Source: Scyliorhinus canicula
Lineage: Eukaryota
Length of the DNA stretch: 64,000 nucleotides
NCBI RefSeq assembly: GCF_902713615.1
Contig: NC_052154.1
Location: 192,920,948 to 192,984,947, forward strand
Reading direction: 5' to 3'
The notes under the pieces are model-generated. The model searched no databases. It saw only the letters and a list, made by a program, of their open reading frames with translations, and had not been told where the DNA came from. Below are positions 54,801 through 64,000 of this stretch, piece by piece (within the stretch, counting starts at the first letter, position 1; each line of letters opens with the position of its first letter). The translations under genes were made by a program, and so were the position numbers.

Positions 54801-55624
54801 CGGACCCTTTTACACACCTCGTCGTCCGCTAACAGCCCCACATCCAGCCGCCACAGCGGGCGCTGGTCCCGCGCCTCCCCCATTTCCACATCCACCCAAT
54901 GCGGTGCATGATCAGAGATCGCAATGGCCGAGTACTCAGCTTTCCGTACCCTCGGGATCAGCCCCCTGCTCAACACGAAGAAATCGATTCTGGAGTACAC
55001 TCTATGGACGTGGGAGAAAAAGGAATACTCCCTCGCCCTCGGCCTACCAAACCTCCATGGGTCTACTCCTCCCATCTGCTCCATGTACCCCCTCAGCACT
55101 TCTGCCGCTGCCGGCCTCCTATTGGTCCTTGAGCTCGATCTGTCTAGCCCGGGGTCCAGCACTGTGTTAAAGTCCCCCCCCATGATCAAGCCCCCTGCCT
55201 CCAGTCCCGGAATGAGGCCCAATAGGCGCCTCATAAAACCCGCGTCATCCCAGTTCGGGGCATATACGTTGACCATCACCACTTTCTCCCCCTGCAGCGT
55301 ACCCTTCACCATCACATACCTACCCTCCTTATCCGCCACCACCTCCTCCGCCACGAACGACACCCTCTTTCCCACCAGAATCGTCACCCCCCGGTTCTTT
55401 GCGTCCAATCCAGAGTGGAACACCTGTCCCACCCACCCCCTTCTCAGGCGAACCTGGTCCACTACCTTCAAATGGGTCTCCTGTAACATTGCTACATCAG
55501 CCTTCAGTCCCTTCAGGTGTGAGAATACCCTTGATCTCTTGACCGGCCCATTCAACCCCCTCACGTTCCAAGTGATCAGCCGGGTCGCGGGATGACCCGC
55601 CCCCTTCCCCTGCCGATTAGCCAT
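51829..55624 (-). CDS. L1 ORF2 (APE endonuclease + RT + Cys/His C-terminus), single +1 frameshift at ~54090
   Basis: WNVRGL, LQETH, GDFN, SRID, SDH, QGCPLSP, YADD, CxxC..H....C; span 3796 nt = 1265 codons + 1. Confidence 0.92.
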
Positions 55625-56388
55625 GTCCTGTTCCCTGCTCGCCCCGGGTCGACCCTCCCCTTCTGACCCGCTCCCCATGACGATGTCCCCCTCCCCCCAC
55701 CTCTCCAGTCCTCCACTTCCCGTTTCTGGTCTTTTCAGCAGCAACCCGGTGTCCCTCCCTAACCCCCCTCCCCCCCCAGGCTAGGACCCCTCCTAGCCGC
55801 GATGTACCCTCCATCGTACTCCCGTAAGTCAGCTGGTTCACGCTGACCCGGCTGCTCCTGCCACACTCCGACTCCCCCCGGCTCGGGGGGGGGGCCTCCC
55901 CCCCCTTGCCACTCCTCCCTGGCCCCGCTCCAGCGCGGGAAAGGTCGCCATTGCTAGCCACGCCCCGCACTCCTCCCCTCCCCCCTCCTCTGCCCCGCGC
56001 GCGGGAAAACAGAGGAAAGCCCGCGCTTTCGCCCTGCCACACCCCACCCCACCATCTTCAGTTCCACCCCCGTCCCCGTCCATGCCTGTAAAAGAACCCC
56101 CCCTAGGAGCCCATATCCCCGATCTGCTCTCCCCCCCGTCCCACCTCCCCAATTTAACATTATAAATAACAGATAAATAACAAATAACAATGTACTTAAC
56201 AGTCGCCCTCTACCAAACAGCATAAATAACCATAAATAACCATGAATAACCACAATAACAATAACTAAGGGAAGTTGGCAAAGGGGGAAAAAACATCAGA
56301 AGAAAAACCACAGCAAGAGTTCAAAATCCAAACAAAGAATTCAGCTGAAAGTACCCGAGCGGCTACGGCCGCCAAGTATCCCCTGGGT

Positions 56389-57234
56389 CTAATTCGAGTC
56401 CAGTTTCTCTTCCTGTACAAAGGCCCACGCCTCCTCTGGGGACTCAAAATAGTGGTGTTGGTTCCTGTAGGTGACCCACAAGCGCGCTGGCTGCAGCATT
56501 CCGAACCTGATCCGTTTTGCATGTAGCACCGCCTTCGTCCGGTTGTACCGGGCCCGCCGCTTTGCCACCTCCGCACTCCAGTCCTGGTAGACCCTCACCG
56601 TCGAATTCTCCCACTTGCTGCTCCTTTCCCTCTTGGCCCACTCCAGCACTCTCTCACGATCGCTGAGTCGCTGGAACCGCACCAGCACCGCCCTCGGGGG
56701 CTCATTTGCTCTTGGCCTCCTAGCCATGACCCTGTAGGCCTCTTCCAGCTCCAGGGGCGAAGGGACGGCCCCTGCCCCCATCAGGGAGCTCAGCATTTCT
56801 GCTACATATCCCGGGAGGTCTGACCCCTCCAGGCCTTCTGCCAGGCCCAAGATCCTCAGGTTCTTCCGCCTCATTCGGGTATCCAGCTCCTCAAAACGGC
56901 TCTGCCATTTCAGGTGGAGTGCCTCGTGCACCTCTACCTTTCCCACGAGGACCGTGGCCTCCTCCTCCCTCACAGTCATCTCCTGTTGCAGCTCCCGAAT
57001 CGACGCCTCTTGGGTCGCCTGGGCTCCCATCAGCCTGGTGGTCGTCGCATTCATTGACTCAAAGAGCTCCATTTTCAGCTCCGTAAAGAAGCGCAGGAGA
57101 GCGGCCTGCTGCTCCTCCGCCCATTTCCTCCATTCCTCGGGTGCGCCACCGGCCGCCATTTTGGTCTTCTTCCCCCGCTTTTTTTTGGGAGCTGCTGTTG
57201 CTTTCTTTACCACCCCACTCCGGGTACCGACCAT
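56389..57234 (-). CDS. L1 ORF1 (coiled-coil/RRM-type RNA-binding protein); alternative start at 57159
   Basis: Open frame with RRKNLRILGL.EG.E, PR.VLVRF and VYQD.S..V.KRR motifs. Confidence 0.9.
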   Translation of the reverse strand: MVGTRSGVVKKATAAPKKKRGKKTKMAAGGAPEEWRKWAEEQQAALLRFFTELKMELFESMNATTTRLMGAQATQEASIRELQQEMTVREEEATVLVGKVEVHEALHLKWQSRFEELDTRMRRKNLRILGLAEGLEGSDLPGYVAEMLSSLMGAGAVPSPLELEEAYRVMARRPRANEPPRAVLVRFQRLSDRERVLEWAKRERSSKWENSTVRVYQDWSAEVAKRRARYNRTKAVLHAKRIRFGMLQPARLWVTYRNQHHYFESPEEAWAFVQEEKLDSN

Positions 57235-57494
57235 AAAGTTGGTCTGGTTCTCTTCAGGGAGCCTTCCCCCACCGGGATTTGTCCTTACAGCGCCGTTGGG
57301 GCCCTCCAATCGGCCCGAAAACACCTTTGTAGCAGGAGCAGCCAAACGTGCGACTTAGCTGGTCATACCCGCAACCGGAAGTCCAAAGTTAATTTTTAAA
57401 CCTGAAACAAGTGTTTCTTTCCATGGCCGAAACAATGGGCGCAACCTAACGGCTGCACCACGGCACAACCCCACCGGGTGAGACGTAGCCGGAA

Positions 57495-58160
57495 TGGTTT
57501 AGCACAGTGGGCTAAACAGCTGACTTGTAATGCAGAACAATGCCAGCTGCACGGGTTTAATTCACGTACCAGCCTCCCCAAACAGGTGCCGGAATGTGGC
57601 GACTAGGGGATTTTCACAGTAACTTCATTGAAGCCTACTCGTGACAATAAGCGATTATTATTATTATAGATCCCAGGAGAGGCCTCTCACGGGAATCCCG
57701 ATGGCCGTTACGCCTCGTGAGATTAACCAGATTTCATGAGATGTTGGGATCTGGATCGGGACAATAGACGGGACCTAGTTGCGCATGACCAAGTGAGTTT
57801 AAAATTAGCCACTCAGCTGTGCTCACGTTGAATCTAAAGGCCGCCCGCCATCTCTGGGGCTGGTTTAGCACAGGGCTAAATCGCTGGCTTTTAAAGCAGA
57901 CCAAGGCAGGCCAGCAGCACGGTTCAATTCCTGAACCAGCCTCACCGAACAGGCGCCGGAGTGTGGCGACTAGGGGCTTTTCACAGTAACTTCAATGAAG
58001 CCTACTTGTGACAATAAGCAATTTTCACTTTCAGCAGCTCGGTTCAATTCCCGTACCAGCCTCCCCGAACAGGTGCTGGAATGTGGCGACTAGGGGCTTT
58101 TCACAGTAACATCATTTGAAGTCTACTTGTGACAATAAGCGATTTTCATTTCATTTTTCA
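57495..58160 (+). mobile_element. Cluster of three short (~170 bp) tRNA-derived SINEs with GTGACAATAA tails
   Basis: Copies at ~57495-57667, 57856-58031, 58035-58160; others at 25030, 25841, 36622. Confidence 0.8.
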
Positions 58161-59385
58161 TTACTGGCCTCGCTGATGAGTCACCAGTCGGGCGCCGTTC
58201 AGTACTTGTCCCAACAAACTTGGAACAGGCAGAACAATACCTATGGGGGGGGGGGGGGAGGAGGTCTCCCAGGCGATCGGAGGCCGGGCATGGTGGCACC
58301 GGTGTCAACCTGGCAGCTTGGCATTGCCAGGGTGCCCAGGTAACACCAAGTTGGCAACACCAAGATGCCAGGATGGTATTTTGGCCGCATCATGGAACAG
58401 GCCCAGAAGTGCCATGCCTGTGTGTGATGGGGTGTGTGGGGACCCGAGGACCCCCCCCCCCCCCCCCCCCCCCCCCAACAGGAGAGTTGGGGCATTGGGG
58501 GTTGGTCCGGTGTTGTGTCGGGGTGGGGGTCAAGAGATCGGGGCGCCACAATCTCTGCCGGGAATGATCCCACTAATCCTGCCCTGAACTGACACTTTTT
58601 GGTTAGAACGTGCCCAATACCTGCCTCCCCTTCTCCATCAGCCTCTTGACTGCTGAAACTCTTGTACATGCCTTTGTGATTACATACTTGACTCACCTAA
58701 ATATCTCCATATTTTGTTTTCTTTTCTTTCAAATCCTCATCATTGGCCTTCATTGGATTCTCATTTCCAAATTTATTACGGTTAAAGTCCACTTTTCAGT
58801 CTTTCAATCCCTTCATGGCCTCACCTACCTTGGTAAGTTTCTTCAATGCAATCAACTCTCAAACATTCTGTTATTCAGAATCCGGCTTTCAATTCATCCA
58901 TCATAAATAACCAGCTCCCCTCCCCACCCTTCCCCACAGTTTTAGCTGCACTGGCCCCTCTTTCTATTTATTTCTCTACCTCTCTCCATCTTTGGAAATC
59001 CATGAATCCATCTTTGTGGGCCAATATTTCCTAATGTATGCTTTCCTGCCTTGATTTCCATTCCAATGCAATTTTTTGTCTCCTTCCTCATTCGCCACCG
59101 AAGCCAAAACTCAAGAATTTGAAAGGAACCCAATAAATATTCTTGCTAATTGAGCTTCCACATTATCATCTATATTCTAAGTTACTCCAATGTTCAGATA
59201 TGAATGAACACATCATTTTCTCAATGATTGTACTTGGATGGAGTTTTAGTATTGACAAAGTATATGAACTTTTATTTGATTAACTTGCTTTCATTCAGCT
59301 TGACTTCAAACAGAGTGGTGCTGTTGTCATTACAAATGCATAAATAAGACTGTAAAGTGAGCAGAGGACACAAATGCCATATTAG

Positions 59386-59713
59386 GCTCTTTCTGTATCT
59401 GGCCGCCATGGGTCATCAGCAGCTTTACTGGTCTCACCCCAGGAAATTCGGTCAGGGCTCCCGCTCATGTGTGAACCGACACGGCCTGATCCAGAAATAC
59501 GGCCTCAACATGTGCCGCCCATGCTTCAGACAATACGCTAAAGACATCGGCTTCGTCAAGCTGGACTAAATTACAAAAGGAGCAAAAGTGCATTCTAATG
59601 CAGTACGAAATGGAAATTTAGCATTTGTCAAAGAATTCTAACCTCCACCTGGAAGAAGCAAACTTTTGTGATGCTCCATTTTTGTAAATAAAATTCAATT
59701 GTCAAAAAACCCC
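59386..59713 (+). pseudogene. RPS29: RPS29 processed pseudogene (ORF 59408-59569, 53 aa)
   Basis: [21 protein letters not shown]...KLD, intronless, 5'TOP CTCTTTC, AATAAA at 59687, short A tail, 15-bp TSD CAAAT(G/T)CCATATTAG at 59371-59385 and 59714-59728; 3-codon deletion removes a zinc-binding Cys. Confidence 0.95.
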
Positions 59714-60524
59714 CAAATTCCATATTAGTTTCCAAGATGGCCACAAACTGCTTCTGTTTTCCATGTATGTTTCTACGTACCTTACAATTTCTTGTCAGTT
59801 GTATATTTGGCTTGCGGTTGACGGAGTAAAAGCGATGCTCTGGGAACCAAGCGACACCAACACCGGAGGGCGGAAGTTCACAGAGAGTAAATCAATATAA
59901 ATGGGGGAGCAGTGCTTCAAAGGATTCACATGAACCAGAAAACAAAATCTAATTTGGGCACTAAGGTATATTATGGGGATAGTAGTGCGTGAAGGTGAAG
60001 TTGAGGTCACAGGTCAGCCAAGATCTTATTGAATAGCAGAGCAGGCTAGAAGGGCCACATAGAATTTACAGTTCAGAAGGAGGCCATTCGGCCCATCGAG
60101 TCTGCACCGGCTCTTGGAAAGAGCACCCTACTTCAGCCCACGCCTACCACCCTATCCCGGTAACCTCAGCAAACCTTTTTGGACACTAAGGGCAATTTAT
60201 CATAGCCAATCCACCTAACCTGCACATGGCACACTCCTGTTCCCAGTTCCTATGTTAAAATGTTTTTATGCTGAAAGTGGTTTGTCCGTGAACTGAACCT
60301 ACCGATTCTACCTATAAAATCATTCAGCTTGACTTCAATCACCAATATACCTATAAAATCACCAAACTCTTTAATATTCATATTGCTGTTTGTAAATGTT
60401 CCCCTTTTATGTAAAACACAGGTGTCTGTTAGCATGTGACTCATTAACTAACAGTAGTGTGATGTGGAATTACATTTTACAGTAAAACTTTGGTTTTAAT
60501 GACTGTTATTTTTTTAAACTATAG

Positions 60525-60648
60525 CACCCATGATGTTATAAAGCTGAAAGGATACACTTCTTGGGCCATTGGTTTAAGCGTGGCCAATATTGTCAACGCA
60601 ATTTTGAAAAATATCAGATCCATCCACCTGGTGTCGGTCAATGCAAAA
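60525..60648 (+). CDS. LDH-like coding exon 6 ([42 protein letters not shown])
   Basis: AG/GT, 124 nt, [15 protein letters not shown] signature; final exon not found in the window. Confidence 0.96.
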
Positions 60649-60764
60649 GTAGGTTTTAAACAGCTGTCTTTCGATATTGCTTAAATATTGCTGCAAATTT
60701 CATACCACAGGTGGTAACTGGGACTGCAGTTCTCACAAGTACCATTTTCTCCATATATGATAGA

Positions 60765-61083
60765 TAATAATAATAATAATAATAATCTTTATTGTCACAA
60801 GTAGGCTTACATTAACACTGCAATGAAGTTACTGTGAAAATCCCCTAGTCGCCACATTGCGCCACCTGTTCGGGTACACAGAGGGAGAATTCAGAATGTC
60901 CAATTCACCTAACAGCACGTCTTTCGAGACTTGTGGGAGGAAACCGGAGCACCCGGAGGAAACCCACGCAGACACGGGGAGAACGTGCAGACTCTACACA
61001 GTCAGTGACCCAGCGGGGAATCGTACCTGGTGCTCTGGAGCTGTGAAGCAACTGTGCTAACCACAGTACTACTGTGCCGCCCT
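60765..61083 (-). mobile_element. SINE with HE1-type head/core and GTGACAATAA-(ATT)n tail
   Basis: Head and core shared with the other SINE types, different tail. Confidence 0.85.
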
Positions 61084-63699
61084 AAGATTTGCAAGTCCTG
61101 TTGTTAGATGTATTGATTGTTTAATGAACAATAATGAGGAAAGTACATTAGCTTTCCTCCAGTCAAAAATTGAATATACTCACAAGCAACATCGTCACAA
61201 ATTTGCAATTTGGCATTGATGTGATAAATGCAATGACCATGGGACTGGTCCAGTTTCTACCTCTTGCTGGCTGGTCCCACAGGACATTGTATGCAGTGCA
61301 TTGTGTATTGTAGTGATAGGAAAACAGTTTCCAGAATTCAAAGAACAAGACCATCAAGCATATCTTTTTTTTTTTTACAGACGTTTGGGCTGAATTTTAA
61401 TTTTTATAAAATGTAACCAAAATAAAAGGCAGGTTTTGGGACGTAGCAAACCAAACCCCCTCCAACACCCGTTCCCAACTTCACCAGGTGCTGCAAATAG
61501 CTCAGGTAACCAATTGATTCAAGGAGGCAGTTGGATCTTCAGAAATGATAGTGAAGACGTGAGTCTCAACGTCCTGCAGGTTTTCAGTTTTCACCTCTGG
61601 TGGCTGGTTTCCCCGGGCTTTCGGGAACCCGACAGCTTCCTCAAGGCAAAGGCATGGTGGATTCAGAAAGCAAGCTGGATTCAGGGGAGTGCCTTCACAT
61701 TTACCCCCTGGATCTAGGTGCTTGGCTGAAGAACCTTCACATTGGGTAGCCCTCCATTTGGCCTTCCCCCAGAGGACCTTGACTTCCCCACCCCAAGGAT
61801 GACACAACATAAACAGCTCAGAAACAGGCCAACCAGCCTATGCTGATGTTTATGTTCCACTCAAGCCTCCTCACATCTTTCCTAGTTAAATCATAACCTA
61901 CTGTTCCCGTCTCCGCTTGTTTATCATCCCCTTAAATGCATTTGTACTATTTGCTTCAAACACTCCATGTGGTAGCAAGCTCCGCATTCTCACCACTCGT
62001 AAGAACACCCTCTCCCAGTCGCACCACCAACCATGAGGCCTGTGGCCTCGCCTAACCCCACCTTCAGACCCCAATCTTCCCAATTCCCTACATTTGTCTC
62101 CCAATTTCCAGGCTTTAAAACAAAACATTTATAATCACCGCATCATTATTTCCTGAATCCTCTTGTTTTCTCCAACTCTTGGCCCTAGTGGCAACTCCCT
62201 TTGATACCTTAACCATTTAATACGTTTGGGTCAGTTATTGGATGCTGAAAGACATTGACCATGGTCATTTCTACCCTCATCTGATCACAGACTTGCTGGC
62301 TGGCAGCTGGATCCAGATCACAGTATGAACCTGATGCCTTCTGTTCAGAGTGTTAGCTGCAGCTCTTGCTTCTTGAGTCAGAAAGTTGTGTGTTCCAGGC
62401 CCACTCTAGCACCGAAACCAGGTCTAACACTGCAATACTGAGAGAGTGCAGCAGTGTTGAAGATGTGACTTTAAAATCAAAGTCCCAGCTGCATGCTGAA
62501 GGGGATGTAAAAGATCCCATGGCACTATTTTGAAAAAGAGTAGTGGAGTTATTCCTGGTTTCCTCGTCAGTATTTCTTTCTCAAATCAAGAGCAGTAAAG
62601 CAGATTGAGTAGTTATTAGCACATGGTTCTTTGTGGAAGCTTGCTCTGTGCATATAGCTGCATTTTCTATTTTATAACAGGGACTTCAGAAATTGGCTTC
62701 AAAACATTTTGGGGCTTCCTGTGATCTTAAAAAGTGTGATATAAATGCAAGTCTTTTTTGTTTTGTTGCTTAGAAATGAATAGTGCAATACATTCACCTA
62801 TTGATTTGTAGTGGTGCTCACTCACTCAGTCTTCTCTCAGTCTTGGTGGTCTCCTGCATGTACAGGCTAGGTCCTTTACCCTAGCTTGTCAACTTGGAAA
62901 GCTTATAGCATGTTTGAGGGAGGTTTTGTGCAGTGGTACCATCACTATCTTTGGGCCAGTAGCTCTGGGTTCAAGTCCCACTTCAGGACATGGAAGGTGG
63001 CCAAACAGGTCAATTATCAGCTTGTAAATCCTTCCCATATGCCTACAGGCGGGACGTAAAGAGTGGGAGTTTCCTGGTCAACCATACTGCAGAAGGCAAC
63101 AGCAAACCACTGCAGTGCATTGCCGAGTGCAATTCGGTACCAATCTAATGGAAGCCCATGCTCAGCATTGGGGTAGCTGAAGAAAGAGGAGAATAGAAAG
63201 ATTGAGAAGAATGAGCACATTCCCTCTTGTGGCCATGATGCACAGAGTGATTGAGTTTATTGTCTGCATCAGTTTGAAATGATGCATCAGCACAGCTGAA
63301 AGTTACACAGGGGCGGTATATTCAATTACTAACACAATTCAGGTCAACAAAATATCAAATAGATTAGTATTCTATGGAAGTTTAGCAGTTGAGTTTGTCA
63401 CCGTTTTTCAGATATTAAGGTGAACACACAAGCTCAGATTCTCGAGCCTAGGTTGGGAGATTTCCTGGTTCCACGAACCTGACCTTCAAAAGTGTCTGTC
63501 TGTCGGTGCAGGCTGAAATAGGAATCGGGCGAGTGATCCCAGAACGAGTAGAAAGGCTGCCGGGTGATGAGGCAGGTTGGGTGGATGGCCCACCTTTGTG
63601 AACCAGCATGCTGTTTAAATAAATAATAGATCCAAAAAATAGCCCTTAGGCCTCACCCCACCCCATGCTCCCTGTGCCCCATGTCCTTACATCCATTTT

Positions 63700-63938
63700 T
63701 AAAAATTAATTATTTTAAAAAATAAATTCAGAGTACCCAATTATTTTTTTCCAATTAAGGGGCAATTTAGAGTGGCCAATCTACCTATCCTGCACATCTT
63801 CGGGTTGTGGGGGTGAAACCCACGCAGACACGGGGAGAATGTGCAAACTCCACACGGACAGTGACCCAGGGCCGGGATTCGAACCCTGGTCCTCAGCGCC
63901 ATAGGCAGCAATGCTAACCACTGTGCCATCGTGCTGCC
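63700..63938 (-). mobile_element. SINE, A-tail type
   Basis: TSD CATGT(C/G)CTTACATCCAT. Confidence 0.85.
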
Positions 63939-64000
63939 CATGTGCTTACATCCATGCCAACTCACCAAGTATCATTGGACATTTCCTTCACAGCTTTGAC

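Larger units (their letters stand above)
51537..57381 (-). mobile_element. Full-length L1-clade LINE
   Basis: 16-bp TSD TCCAAAGTTAATTTTT at 51521-51536 and 57382-57397, TTT/AAAAA target, poly(A), 5' end CTTCCGGTTGC, ORF1 plus ORF2. Confidence 0.97.

Overview
Eukaryotic, repeat-rich vertebrate genomic DNA. The SINE/LINE repertoire (HE1-like SINEs, HER1/CR1, Rex1/Babar, L1) points to a cartilaginous fish such as a shark; this is inference. Two spliced genes diverge from a ~9.5 kb intergenic interval. (1) ZDHHC13 (ankyrin-repeat palmitoyltransferase), minus strand: coding exons 1-8 at 26709 to 3752, all GT-AG and phase-compatible, with a CpG-rich promoter, an in-frame uORF and a G-rich minisatellite in intron 1. 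(2) An L-lactate-dehydrogenase-family gene, plus strand: six intact coding exons at 36200 to 60648, last exon not found in the window. It keeps LDH exon structure and the NAD-binding fold but has lost key catalytic residues (His193->Gln, Arg106->Lys, Asn138->Ile; human LDHA numbering), making it a candidate LDH pseudoenzyme. The remainder is mobile DNA: a full-length L1 one homopolymer base from intact, other L1/CR1/Rex1 copies, a TIR/TSD-complete hAT, Harbinger-like MITEs, solo LTRs, an RPS29 processed pseudogene, and a SINE family whose common head carries three different LINE-matched tails. Protein comparisons are from memory of the families, not from database searches.
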